Of a stretch of DNA of 64,000 nucleotides, positions 27,839-42,900 are shown piece by piece. This DNA is from Octopus bimaculoides (taxonomy: Eukaryota), in NCBI RefSeq assembly GCF_001194135.2, contig NC_068981.1:20816042-20880041 (forward strand), given 5' to 3'. How positions within the stretch are numbered: position 1 is the stretch's first letter; every line of letters starts with the position of its first letter. The notes beneath the pieces were generated by a model. It made no database searches and was not told the DNA's origin. It worked only from the letters and a program-made list of their open reading frames with translations. The translations under genes were made by a program, and so were the position numbers.

Positions 27839-30800
27839 GGTATATAAAAATGACATAATGGATAATATATAGAAATGATGTGGTATAAAGTACTATACAA
27901 AAATGGAAGACTGTAAAATTGGCATGATATAAAGACCAAATGAAGACAAAACTCTAACAAAGGATTACCTTTGAGAAAACGTTGTGCGCCGTCCAAACAC
28001 TCAGGTGACAACTCATTGTCACCAAATGAGCCCAAAAGTTCGCTAACAAGTATATCTGCTTTCTCTGGAGCTTCCCATTCTCTCATGTCTTGAAATACAA
28101 CTTCTACTTGCTCTCCCCACATTTCATCTTTGTAATTTTCTAGTCTGGAGAAATACAAAAACATTTGTTAGCATTTGTGAGAAGATAAAAAACCCCAGAA
28201 AACAAACCACCATTATTCATGTAGTTGAACAGGAATTCATTAAGTTTAACGAGAGACTAAAATATACTTACGTGACTATAGCATTGGGATTTTTTTCCAC
28301 AGCATACACTTTGATATTTCTGTCTGCCTTTTTACTTGCTGTTATTGCAGCTCTGACTAGTGGACCCCGTCCAGCGCCAACCACCATAATCACACTGCAA
28401 CAACAAATGCAACACAGATTAAAACAGAAAGAGAAATGATTTTTAAAATATAAATTGTGAATATTTAGAATGTTTTTTTCTTCTTGAGAATGAAAAAAAA
28501 AAGAAAAGAAAAAGGAAGACATTCTTATCTGTACTGAGATTAATGAAGTTGTATTGTGTACTTACACCGTTTTCATGTCTTTTTCCTCTTCCTTTACTCG
28601 GTCTAATAGGGCAAAATAGATGGCCTATGAAAATAAAATGGCATAATTAGATTAGCACAAATATTTTCAAGGCTGTATGAGATACATTTTAGATATGTCT
28701 ATCAAGAACTTTAGATTTAAAAAATTGAAATTTGGTGCTTTCTCTTAGAGCATCATCAGCATTTAACAACTATTTTTCCATGCTTAGATGGAATATGTTG
28801 CATTATTAGATGAAATTTGTTGAGGCAGATTTTCTATGGATGAATGCCTTTCCTGTCTCCTCTGTTTCCAAGCAAGGCAATATTTCCCCATTGCCAGATA
28901 CATTTTACATGGAAGACTGGAAACGAACAACACTGCTTGTATGAAGGTGATGCTTGCTTACAACCATCACATAATGTCAAAACAAGGAAATACACAAACA
29001 CATGTACATATCCACTCACAAGGCTTTAGCTGGCCTGGGGCTATAGTAAAAGACACTTGCCCAAGGTATCACACAGAGTGACTGAACCCAAGACCACATG
29101 TTTGGGAAGCAAACTCCTAAACCACAGTCATACCAGTAACTAAATGTACATCATTTAAGATAATCCAAGGTCAACGATAGAAATTTCCAGACAACATATC
29201 AACAGTCTAAAATTACAATAACAGCATTATTTTCCACCACTACTCACAAACAAAGATCAATTACTTTATGAACTACCTGTGTTACATGTTAAGATGTAGT
29301 AAAAAAGAAACATATCTTACCTCTTTATATTGGGTATATTTGACTGGATCTTTTTCAAACACCTCATAAGTCAGTGACTCCAGATTGTCCATTAACGGCT
29401 GAAAACAAGATACAAACATTAGACATTTATTTGAAAGAAGACAGTGGATGTTTGTTTGAGAGGGTTGATACCTTTTACTAGCAAGACTTTTCTGTTGATG
29501 GAAAAATGTTTTTTAACCTTACACATATGGCAAAAAGTCCCACTTATGGCTCAAGTGAAACAACACTGATAATAATTCTTTGCATTAGTATAAAGCCACA
29601 AATTTGTTGGAAACAAGTTTAGGTTGATTATATCAGTCACAGTATATAACTGGTATTTGGTATTTATCAACTTCAGAGGAAGAAATGGCAAACTTAAGTG
29701 TATTTGAACTTTGGACTTTTATGGTGTCACGTAGAAGTGCCTGTGCTAGTGCAATGTTAAAAGCATCCAGTACACTCTGTAAAGTGGTTAGCCTTAGGAA
29801 GGATATCTAGCCATAGAAACCATGCCAAAATAGACAAATGGAGACAGCTCCAGTTGGTCAACTCATGCTAACACAGAGAATGGATGTCAAATGATGATGA
29901 TGATGATGATAATGAATTTAGTGAGTGAAAGCCATCCCACTCATTAATAAAAGTGAAAAGTACTACATCAGTAGTGTGAATGTAAATATAAAAGACATCC
30001 AGGAAAGAATGGAAAGTCAGTTCCCAGTTTGAACTGAAGCCATATCTTCTAGTTGACACTGCTTTGCTACCAGCATGTCATCAATTTTCAAACTGGTGCA
30101 CAAATCTTGCCATATCAACATTCCTAAGATGGATATTGGTTTGATATTTTGTAATAGCTAATCTAATCAGAGAACACACAAGTTTAATATCAAAGCCATT
30201 TACATTGGTTGTTATGTTAAAGTTCAAAATCTGCTTTTTGCTTGTGTTGTACTCTGGAGCAAAACACGACCCTTTTTGCTCCAGTTTCACCTCTGTTTTA
30301 TATATGAGGGATTAGCAGTAGGAAGGACACTATCCAAGAGGTCACTGTCAATCTCCCTTCTTCACACACATACATAGGAAAAAAGGGCTTCTGTAATTAT
30401 CATTATCAATTAAGCTAACCCTAATCTGTAAAATTTGTTGGAATAAAACAATAAAACTAGAAATTTTAGCTAATGAAAGAATAACTTATTTTTTTTTTAG
30501 ATATTAATTTTATAGTTGCTTTTTGGGGTCAGACTGCAGACTCTCTGAGATTGAGTTCAATTTCAACATTTGTAGGTCTCAAGAACTGCAGGGGAAAAAA
30601 GGGAGCAGGAAGGAGAGGATTTTAGAGGAATGTTGTTAAGGGAGGAAGGATTATGCTTACTTGAAGTGGGCATTGTAAATAATCTTCATATCCTTTGGCA
30701 AACTGGCTGAGAGCATCAGGCGTGGGACGGTTCTGTAAAAGAAAAAGTTTATTTATATCTCAATACATATTTCTCATTATCTATTAGTTATCCAAGAGAA

Positions 30801-30909
30801 ACATTTTAAAATTGTGGTTAAAATTATATATTTGGATATTATTATTTGTTTCTTCAACCTAAAGTGATACATTTAATCATCAATATTCTATAAAAACAGT
30901 TAATCTCCA

Positions 30910-30940
<31 letters not shown>

Positions 30941-33900
30941 GTTTAACGTCTGCTTTCCATGCTAGCATGGGTTGGACGATTTGACTGAGGACTGGTGAAA
31001 CCGGATGGCAACACCAGGCTCCAGTCTAATTTGGCAGAGTTTCTACAGCTGGATGCCCTTCCTAACGCCAACCACTCAGAGAGTGTAGTGGGTGCTTTTA
31101 CGTGTCACCCGCACGAAAACGGCCACACTCGAAATGGTGTCTTTNNNNNNNNNNNNNNNNNNCCAGTCCAGGGGCACTGGCAACGATCTCGCTCGAAAAT
31201 CCTACGGGAGCCAGTCAGGCGGTACTGGCAACGGCCACGCTCAAAATGGTGCATCTCATGTGCCACCCACACAAGAACCAGTCCAGGGGCACTGGCAACG
31301 ATCTTACTTGGCTTGCCGGGTCTTCTCACGCACAGCACATTTCCAAAGGTCTCGGTCAGTAGTCATCGCCTCAGTGAGGCCCAATGTACGAAGGTCTTGC
31401 CTCACCACCTCAGCTCAGGTCTTCCTGGGCCTACCTCTTCCACGGGTTCCCTCAACTGTTAGGGTGTGGCACTTTTTCACGCAGATATCCTCATCCATTC
31501 TCACCACATGTCCATACCAGCGCCATACCATACATGTTCATAGCTTACTATTAAGCAACATCTCCTCTTATGACTACTATTAATGTTACATGAATGGTAC
31601 TGAAATCATTCACTTATGATATAACAATGTTCCCCTTATACTTACTTATGCCTGTTATCTCAAAAAATATGAGTCTCTCACCACCCTGTCTCAATACAGT
31701 CCTTCTTGATACTCTAGCGTCTTTTGAAACTAATCTGTTCCCTCCATCATTTCAATATTAAGATCACATTTCTTTCTGATTAGACCACACCATCATTTTT
31801 CTGGCAGCTTTCTTGAATGAAAGGCAAGTGTTATTGTTCTCCATAGATTTTATTTAGATGTCCTGTTAGACTATTCTCAAACAGACAGCATAGAATTGCT
31901 CTAATTTGAACAATATTATTGTTCTCCAAAAATATACCAACATTTGGAAATATAAACTACAATCCTTTGTCTGAGGAGACTGAAGCTAGAATAACAAACA
32001 CAAAATATACTTTGAAGACAGCAAATTACTACAGGAGTTGTCATATCTAAACAATCAAATATAAAGAGACACTCAAGGGCTACACTCTCTAGCTATGTCA
32101 CTGGGTCTTCTATTTGGCTCTGGGTAAATTGAAGCCTTGCAACTGAAAGAAGCCTGATGTGTGTGAGTATGCATGCATAATGAGTGTATGTGTATGAATG
32201 TGTTTATGCATTTGTATACATTTTCACTCTATGGAAGTTATTTGCTTCATGTCTTCAAAGATGTGTGAAATAAGAAAATCTTTGCTTGATAAACAGGTAA
32301 GGGATAGTAACAAGAAGGGCATCCAGCTGTAAAACAATGCCTCAATAATATATACATCTGATCCATACTAGCATAAAAAAAACAGACTTAAAATAAATGA
32401 ACAAATGAATATTCATATATTCTACATACCTGCCACAGATGATCCAGATATTGGACATATGATGTTATTCCTTTGTCTGTATGACGATTTGCACCAGTCA
32501 ATATTAATTGCACATCCAACTGCAAATAAAAAATGAAGACATTAATAATTTCACAGAAGACAGACACTAGTATGTGATGTGTGTATACAACTAGCTGACA
32601 TTTGTAAGTGTTTTGTAAACATAACTATGTGACATTTGTGATGTCTTGCAAACTACTCGCACATGCAAGTGCTACCAGTTGAGAACTCAGCATACTGGAA
32701 GCCAGCAAGTGTATGGAGTCATCAGGAGAAAATGCGCGCCGTTTCGGGGCCTACCTCTCGATGGTATCAATACGCACCGGCCCCCCCCATCACTGATATG
32801 AGGCCCTGCTTGCTAGATCAACTGGTTATTAAATAAAGCTCAATATTTTTCTATCCATCGCTCATCGTCACTTTTTAACCAAATCCAGTGGCTAGCCTTC
32901 TCCACTGTATTTTGGATATCAGTCATGGTGGTATTTACCTTACGATGAGTTAGGCCTAACGATAACAGTAGTCGTCTCACACTGTGTGCTACTAAATAAT
33001 GTCTTATATACAATTAGATAACATTTACAACACTGGCACTTGGTAATATGAATATACAACTAGGATGCATTACTTTCAAAGTAATATAAAAAGACACAAC
33101 ACACAACTAGTTGATGTGTTGTATAAGTACTAGGTAAATGTAATGTATACACACCTATGTGATATTTCTCATATAAACACTATGTATTTTAGGTCTGTCA
33201 TGAGCCCAAGGACTCACAAGGTGGGAACTTAAACAGGTTTCCATGGCATATAAATGATTGAGATTACAACAGACCAGCATCCAATGAATGGGATGCTGGT
33301 CTGTTGCAGGGTTAACTTTCCAGCTAATGCTAGAATTCATTTATAGCTGAATAGACTATAATGTGAAATAAATGTTTTGCTCAAAAACACAAGCCACCAT
33401 CCTGTTGCCCAGGAATCAGAACTGTGATCTTGCAACTGTCAGTGTAACACTTTAATTACTAGGCAATGTACCTTCACTAAGTGATATGTACACAGAACAT
33501 ATTTCTGTAGATCTAACTCATTAACAATCTCTGGTATAATTTGTTATATTTAGCAATGACAATATAACATATAGTTCAAATCTATAGGAAAATAGGCGGA
33601 ACTGGAGAGTTATGATGAAATTGTAAAACTAAAATAAACAGGCATGGCTGTGTGGTAAGAAGTTTGCTTCCCAACCACATGGTTCTGGGTTCAGTCCCAC
33701 TTGTGGCACCTTGGGCAAGTGAAACTGAAAGAAGCCTGTCATATATGTGTGTGTGTGAGTGACTTTGTGTCTGTGTTTGTCTCCTGCCACCGATTGATCA
33801 CTGGTGATGGTGTGTTTATGTCCCTGTAATTTAGTGGTTCAGCAAAAAAGGACCGATAGAATAAGTACCAGGCTTAAAAAAAAAGTACTGGGGTTGGCTG

Positions 33901-36900
33901 AAAACTGCTCAAGGCAGTGCCCCAGCATGGCTGCAGTCTAATGACTGAAACAAGTAAAAGAATAAAATGTATAAAAAGTAAAGGTAGTAAGTACCTTGAA
34001 TAGTTTACGAAGGTAGGACTGATGAGCGCGGGATAAAACAGGGTATCCCTTTTTATTAGTTAAAAATAAACTAGTTGACAAAGAAATAGCTTTGATGGGC
34101 TCAGATAACCATCGTTCTAACACATCATCATCTGGTAGGTCAGCAGTTAATTCTAAGACAATGCCCAGTTTTTTGTTTGGTTCACATAATGTTCGGAATG
34201 TGTGCCACCTAAAAAAGGAAGATAAGAAACAAGAATAAGAAAATGATGCTTCAAGACATATTTTACTATTATCATCAACCACATCCCTCTTTACTATCAT
34301 CATCATTGACATTATCCTCCACCACCACCATCATGAAACATTCAACCCTATCACTGCACCCACACTCTATCATCAGCATTACCAAAACTCTTGGATTATG
34401 TGTTGTGGATATAAAATAGATGAAGATATTAATAAATAGCATCAATAAATGCAAAATCATTACGTGACAGGGTGCAGAAAGGGTTGGAAGATCTCACTTT
34501 GAGGTGAAAATTTGTAGTTTACCAACCCTGAGTTGCATAAGGGAAAATTAGGAGTTGTACTTTTGAGTGAGACAGACTCTCACATAGTATTACTACTTCA
34601 TGACTGAGTGTTTAGTGGTAAGAAAGACAATTTAATTGCTTTAACAATACACAATTCTTCACAATTACAACATCATCACCATCATCATCCGCTTTCCATG
34701 CTCCAATCTGATTTGGCAGAGTTTCTACAGCTGGATGCCCTTCCTAACATCTTACCCAAAATAACACAATACATGTTTTATGTCAAATGGATATAAAGAA
34801 AACTATCTGGAAGTCAACACATTTAATTCCAGTCATTGGACTGTTCCAATCATCATCATCAAACATTTTCCATGCTGGTATGGGTTAGACAATGAAGGAT
34901 GGAAAATGGTTGGATGTTAAGAGAGATATTTATCAATGATACACAGAATTAACTGGTTTCTATATTTGATGGGAATGTTTGAACTTACATGGAATAAACA
35001 TGACATTGGATAAGAGCAGAAACCAACAAAGTTCTGGTGAGAGATAGTCTATGAAAGTTACAGATGAACAGTATAGAAGCACTACTGCCGATTTGTTGTA
35101 ACCATGACATTGAAAATAGGTAAGAAGGTATCCACTTACCAGTACCAGGTATTGTAGTCACGGTGATCTCTGTCAATTTCTTCATCTATTCCTTCAATAA
35201 GGTTTTCTGTTTGGAATTCAGGAGCGATGAGAGGTACTTGGATCCAGTATTGCTGGAAGAACACAAAACAAACATCAAAGTTATGTTACTAATGTTGGAA
35301 ATATACTACCAAAATACAGTTGAGTTCTTGAATATTTAGAATTTTAGCTTTAGTTGTCATCATTATTATTAGGAAGGTGGTAAACGGGTAGAATTGATAG
35401 AACATTGGATAAAATGTCTTGGGGTATTCCTTCTGCCTCTTTACATTCCGAGTTCAGTTCCTGCTGGGATCAGCTTTACTGTTCATCTCTCTTGGTCAAT
35501 AAAAGTACCAATCAAGTACTGGGATTGACAGTATCAACTAATGCCCTTTTCTCAAAACTGCTGGTCAAGTGCCCCAATCAGATACCATTATTACTACTAT
35601 TATTACTTCACTGAAAGAGGAAATAAGATTTAATAATGGTTATATTTTTCCCCAAAACACTAGCTATGAAATAAAGAGAATTACTTTTAAGAAGCAATGG
35701 AAATTATTTACTTGCAAGTTACTTGAGCCTTGTTTTACTAGGTTCACAGCTGCCACCACCACCTTTATCATCATCATTTAGATAATGTAAGGGAAGAAAT
35801 AACTAAACACCTAACAAGAATTAGTTTTGTTCATTCAGAGTTTAAATTTCACCTGGGGGAAATTTGTAGTTGAGAGCTGGTTTTGCAGATCCATCAAAAC
35901 TGTCAAATGTATTTCAAAATAGGAAAACAGGCTTCAGAAAAACCTTAAGACGGAGTATTATATATAAATTGTATTTCATAATTCACAAATTATATATAAA
36001 ATGTGTTTCATAATTCACAAATCCTCTGTTCTCTGTTTCAATTTACTCCGTCATGTTTTAAGGGCTGATAAATTAGTACCTATAACATTAAATTAAAATA
36101 GCCTTACTGTTTGTACAGAGGAAAGTGTCCCATACACTGTTGAAACAGGGGTAAGAGTATCTCCAGTCTTATAATTTAACTTGGTAAAGGTAACCACTAG
36201 CTATAGTGTAATTATTAAAATAAAAGACTATCATTGGTTAAATCATTCTAAAGTGGAATTGAAGCCATTCTTGTTACTTACTTGCTGCCAGTAAGAATGG
36301 ATCATATGTGTATTGAGAATGCGGGTCATATTAGTTACTTTATTGTTCTGAAGCTCTATAATCATCACAGGTACACTCAAATACGTTGCCCATGTAAGTT
36401 CTTGTTTAAATGCCTGGAAAATAGAAAAAAAGAAAATGGTTTTACAAACTTTTCTTCAGCTGATATTTTATAATGTTCAGTTTTAGAAAACACTAAAGAG
36501 CAATCCAGTGGTTGTTACTGAGTAACCTAATCAACTGTAAGATGGAATGTGATCAAATGTCAGACAGAAAACTTCAAATTCAGCATAAACACTTTTACTT
36601 TTTGGTTGTTTGATGTACAGAATGACAGAAACAATGTGAGCTGGCAGAAACGTTAGCTCATCACAGGTCTTCCTGGGTCTACCTCTTCCACAGGTTCCCT
36701 CTACTGCTAGGACGTGACACTTTTTCACACAGCCGTCTTCATCCATTTGCAGCACATGACCAAAAATGTCATAATAAATACTGGTAGCAAAAACTAAACA
36801 TTTTACTGAATACAAAATTTTTTTTCTGCTCTCACTAACCTGTTCTGAATTTCTACGTATTTCTTCATTAGTCGAATCAATTTGCAGCCAAGGGGAAATC

Positions 36901-39900
36901 TTTAAGCCAATGAACATACTCCAGTCTACAATAAAAGTATGAAAGAATAATTGGATAAAAATATCCAGGGGTATCTGTTGCATGAAAAACAAATAGTAAA
37001 ATGGATGCTAACAAACTAGTGAGCAAAGAAATTTTAATTTGTTAAAAGTGCAACTAATTGAAGAGAAAAAAAAATCATTATCTTAATGATTGGTTCTTCA
37101 TTCAATTTTAAATAAATTTAAATTCCACAGTTGTCTCTCCTGTCTTTTTTGATCAGAATTAATCATGAAACTAATGGGATTTTTCTCTCCAAGAGTAATT
37201 TCAACTAATTAAAATTTCTTGGCTCACTATACATTATGTATTATGTTAGCACTTACTTTACAATAAAACTAGCTGGACATGTGGTGAGTTCTGTTATACC
37301 TATGGATCAAACCCATGTTCTTGAAATTTGCTGTTATGTCGCTAACACTCACAAAGACCACCACTAAAGTAACAAGTCAAAACAATTTGTAAAAAAAGAT
37401 GCTGTTACACTAGTTTTAATAAACAAACAGCCATTAAGTCATATCCAAGTTTTAATACATGAAACTGAATGAGATTAAGAACCACCTCTAACAATATTAT
37501 TTCAAGAAGTCAGAAACTTACCAATTGTCATATCTTTGTTTTCCAAAGAAACAACAGAAGCAAGACTAAAAGATAGCCCTCTTCCTGATGTCATATTCTG
37601 TGTTGGTAAGAAATGAAATCAACAACCAATATTCTTTTCCAAACTAGGCACAAGGCTCGAAATTTTGGGGGAAGGGACCGGTTGATTAGATCAACCCCCA
37701 GTATGCAACTGATAATTAATTTACTGACCGTGAAAAGATGAAAGGCAAAGTTGACCTTGGCGGAATTTGAACTCAGAACGTAAAGACAGATGAAATACTG
37801 CTAAGCATTTTACCCGGCATGCTAACGATTCTGCCAGCTTGCCACCTTAAATCAACAACCAATCAATTTTAATCAAATTAAAAATTAACCCACATGTTTG
37901 TGGCAGCAGTTGGAGACTATCATCTCAGTTCAACTCCCAATGCAGTTATTGCCAAGACTGATAAATACTTGTACTGTATTAGTTTCAAATTTTGGTAAAA
38001 GGCCAGTAATTTTTGAGGGATGAAGTTAGTGGATTACATCGATCCTAGTGCTCAACTGGCATTATTTTATTGAAGAATGAAAGCAAAGTTGATTTTAGCA
38101 GCATTTGAACTCAACATAAAAATGGATGAAGTGCCACTAAGCATTTTGCCAAGGATGCAAACGATTCCGCTGGCTATCCACTTTAATTACTTGTAATATA
38201 TTAGAATTAACTTAAGTAACAATATCTCTTCCTCTATTATCAGGCAATAATGGAAACAACTTTGTACTGTCAACCTGCCTTTTAAGATTATCAATAACTC
38301 TAAGACATATCATATAATGATATAAGTGATTAGAGAGCGAGGAGGATAAATGAATGGGAGATAAGAGGAAGAGGGGGAGAAACAGTTAATTAGCTTTTAT
38401 AGATAATCATTATTTAATGTAGTTAAGATAGTGTTTGAAGATTACACTGCAAACAAAGAGAACAGAAGTTAAAAATTAAAAAGAAAAAATGGTTATACAA
38501 AGGTATGTTATAATTATACAAGAATTGCTTTGCTTACCATGGCTACTGAGTACAAGGTCTGATCTTGTTAAAGGGCCAGATCGCTTTTTACTGGGTCCAC
38601 GAACAAATTCGCGTTTGTAGCGAGGATTCACAACAGGGATGCACAGAAAGTCAAAACTGGAAGATACAAATATGTAAAATGAGGGGAGCTATTTTGATTG
38701 TCAATTGTATTTTAAATGAAATTATTAAATAATATATCATCATCATCACCATCACCGTCATCCAGAATTTTTGACACTGTTTTGTATTTTTTCTAACATT
38801 TGTCTTCAACTTCCAGAAACATTTTGAAACCATGTAATGCTTTTAACAGAGATCTACTTGTTGTGCTAGTTGAGGTATTTCACTTTAGCATCAGAAATAA
38901 ATGTTGCAATGTAGTCAGTTTTAACTTGCCTTTGTATTTTATTATTGATATTCATCCTGACTCATATTAATCAGAAGACATAACATTATCAGGGCTTTAA
39001 ATATATATACATATTTATTGAAGCTGAAAGGACTTACAAGCTGTTAGAGTTTCTTGTAACAGATCATCACACAGTAATGCTTATTTACAATAATGCAATG
39101 GTTTATGAAGTATTTATAAGTATTCATGATTACCAACTTATTAAATAAGCATTTAAAGCTGATTGGGTAGGAAATTAATTTTCAAAATAATGAGAATCTG
39201 TAGGATCATCATCATTGTTTAATGTCCGTTTTCCATGCTGGCATGGGTTGGATGGTTCGACTGGGGTCTGGGAAGCCAGGAGGCTGCACCAGCCTCCAAT
39301 CTGATCTGGTAGTGTTTCTATAGCTGGATGCCCTTCCTAACGCCAACCACTCCGAGAGTGTAGTGGGTGCTTTTTTACGTGCCACCAGCACAGGGCCAGA
39401 GGGGACTGGCATCGATCATGATTGGATGGTGCTTTTTACGTGCCATCGGCTCAGGAGCCAGTCAAGGTGGTGCTGGCATTGGTCACGTTTGGATGGTGCT
39501 TTTTATGTGCCACCGGCACAGGAGCCAGTCTGTAAAGGAAAAATATATAAACACTGAGACAAGTTGAATTAAAATTAAAAACTGGATAGTGTAAATCAAC
39601 TATACTCATAGAAACTGGTATTAAAACAACTACAGAGAATGAGAAAGATTTTATCAGAAATAAGCAGTTACAAGTGATCAAACTGAGAAGGAAAATAAAG
39701 ATTAAGATTAAAATTTATATAAGGGCAAATGAGTGTCACTGATACATAAAAAGAATAAAGACATCACAGAATGGATCCTTTAGTCTTGTCAGGGATAAGA
39801 CAACCTTCTCAGTGCTATTGCAATCATAGTAATAACATGCACCCAGTGCACTCTGTAAAATGGTTGTCAAATGAAAGGAGACAATGTAGAGTAGAGAGGC

Positions 39901-42900
39901 CAAGGACATAACCTCTCCAGTGCTGGTGCTACAATAAAATGCACCCAATACACTTTGTAAAGTGGTTGACGTTAGGAAAGACATCCAGCAGTAGGAAACT
40001 GGTCAAAAATGAAATGAATGACTGAGATGTGGTCCCTGATTTATCTAGGGTAGCAGTAACTCGAAATAAGAACTGACAATCTGTGAAGATCTGTCGGTAT
40101 GGAGAAGCAAATGTAAAATGATGATATGAAGGTGGATGGCACAGAAAAGAGTATTATGTTAAGAAAAAAAGGTCCAAGACAAAGGGGTGACCACACAATA
40201 AAGAGAACAGATGAGGTAGTAGCATTGATTGGGGTGATATCTCTGAATCAGCTCCATATGTGTGGGAGGAATAAGTAGGATCAGAGATGACATAACCATG
40301 AAATTGCAAGAAGTCAAACATAACACGAGAACCTATAGAAAGAACTAAATATAAAGAAACCCCAGGTTAAATATTCCTCTCAGCTTAGATGTTGAATATA
40401 ACCAGATCAATTGCTTACATTCAGAGTTGCTACAATTCAAAATAAAATTGCTTATTTATCTTTATCCCATATTTACAGAGATATACCACAACCAGACTCG
40501 TGTATCTCAACAATAGCAACTAAAACTGAAGGCATAGCAATGAGTGAGCCATCTTTTATCAAATGCGTTCAAGCTTTAACTATTAACTTGTAGCTTTACA
40601 AGACTGTAATTAATTTAATTACAACTATTTAGGAGAGACACCTGAATATAACCTAGGTGTTCTAAGTAATTGTACATTCCTGTTATATTTCCCAGCTTGT
40701 CACCTGGTAAAGTAGAAATTGCTCTCATATTTAATAACTGCCCCACTGAAATTCACATTGAAACATCATGGTGATACCCCACCATATCCACAGAAACTAC
40801 AGATGGCAGTTACTAAAAGACTTTTAAAAACTGTGTAAGTTATGTCTGAGGAGACTAAAAGTTGAGTAACTGATATTAGACAGACATTAAGAATAACAAT
40901 TTGAAGCAAAAAAAAGAACAATGGCCCATTATAATTTCTCATGAGCCACTAATATTCAGATGATGTATAATGTTTCATATTTGAGGAGCAGGCATGGGGT
41001 ATGTAGTTAAGAAGCTTAGTTCCCAACTATGTGGTCTTGGGTTTTTTGGTTTCAGTTCCACTGTATGACACTTTGGGCAAGTATCTTTTACAATAGCCCT
41101 ATGCCAACCAAATCTTGCGAGTGGATTTGGTAGGTGGTAACTGAAAGAAGCTCATGTATATATGTGTGTGCATGCATGTATGCATACATGCATGTATGTA
41201 TGCATGATTACATGTATGTATGTATGTATGTATGTATGTGTGATGATTGTAAATGAGCAGCATCATTATACAAGCAATATCATTTGTTTCCAGTCTTCTG
41301 TGAAAAACATGTCAGGGCATGGGAGATATTACCTTGCTTGGAAACAAGTGAGGGTTAGAGACAAGTAAGGGCATTTGACCAAAGGAAATCTGCCTTAACA
41401 AATTCCATCTAACCCATGCAAGTATAGAAAACCAAATGTTAAATGATGATGATGATGATGATTTATAAAAGTAGTTTAAGAATGGAATGTATAAGAGAAA
41501 TATTGTTCAAGATAAGGAACTCTATTGCTATAGGAAATCAAACAAATTAGTAAAAGAACTGCTGTGATAGTAATGGTAGATCACAGTAATTCCAACAGTT
41601 GTATTACAACTAGAGAAATTATTATTGATACAGATGAGGCTCTTTATATTCATCATGAATGAGAGGAATAATAATCCTTTCTACTACAGGGCACAAGATC
41701 TGAAATTTGGGTGGGAGGGGTAGTCAATTTTATTGACCCCAGTATTTGACTGGTACTTATTTTATCACTCCCGAAAGGATGAAAAGCAAAGTCAACCTCA
41801 GTAGAATTTGAACTCTGAACATATAGACAGACGAAATGTCACTAAGCATTTTGTCCAGCATGCTAATGATTCTGCAAGCTCACTGCCTTAATGGTAGGAA
41901 TAATAACAATAATAATAACCCTTTCTACTAAAGGCACAAGGCCTGAAGTTTTGGGGGAGGAGACTAGTCAATTACATTGACCCCAGTGTTTCACTGGTAC
42001 TTAATTTATTGACCATGAAAAGATGAAAGGCAAAGTTGACCTCGGCAGAATTTGAACTCAGAACATCAAGGCAGATAAAATGCTCTTTAGAGCTGAAATT
42101 GACTTGCAAGCCTTTCACACACTACACATGTCAAATCACCAAGTTTAGGAGTAAAGATGTTGTATACAGTTGATCTTTTATATGAACAAAGATGGTTGAC
42201 AGACCCAACTTTAAAATGGAGTACATGGTCACCTGTTTCACATCTCCAACACCTTGTGCACTTCACTTTGCACATACATTACATACATTGCTAAGATCAC
42301 ATTTGCAGGTGATGAAAAAGTCAATCATGTGAGCATTCTTAGATCTTGTTAAACTGTAGCATATTAAGCCAGCTATCAGATAAACTGGACACAATCTGAG
42401 TTAAGAAGTTGACTATCAGTGTTGTAGGAGCATGTACTTTGGGTGTGCCAGGTGAATACTTCACACTTACCGGAGGTAGTAAAATCATTATAAATATTAA
42501 GTTCACTCAATAGTCATGTATTACTAATTTTTCTATTATCACTTTTTCCATACATACAGGCTTGTCTTTCAGGTGCTGGTGCCACATAAAAAGTATCTGT
42601 GCTGATGCTGCATAAATGCACTTATGGGCGACCAAGTTAGTAGTGGGGGTGGGTGCGCTGAAAGTGTAGCTACTAGAATAAGAATAGCCTGGGCAAAGTT
42701 TAGAGAGCTCTTACCCCTGCTGGCGACAAAGGGACTCTCACTCAGAGTAAAAGGCAGACTGTATGACGCATGCGTACGAACAACCATGCTACATGGCAGT
42801 GAAACATGGGCTGTAACTGCTGAGGACATGCGTAAGCTCGCAAGGAATGAAGCCAGTATGCTCCGTTGGATGTGTAATGTCAATGTGAATACCCGTCAGA

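Noticed and set aside
32690-32800. GC-rich island with GAAAC and CTGATGA on the minus strand
   Set aside because: The motifs are in an order and pairing that do not give a coherent hammerhead; at best a decayed relic.
36531-36992. 153-aa minus ORF as a separate gene
   Set aside because: It is PRMT5 exon 3 read through into intron sequence that includes an RTE scrap ([15 protein letters not shown]).
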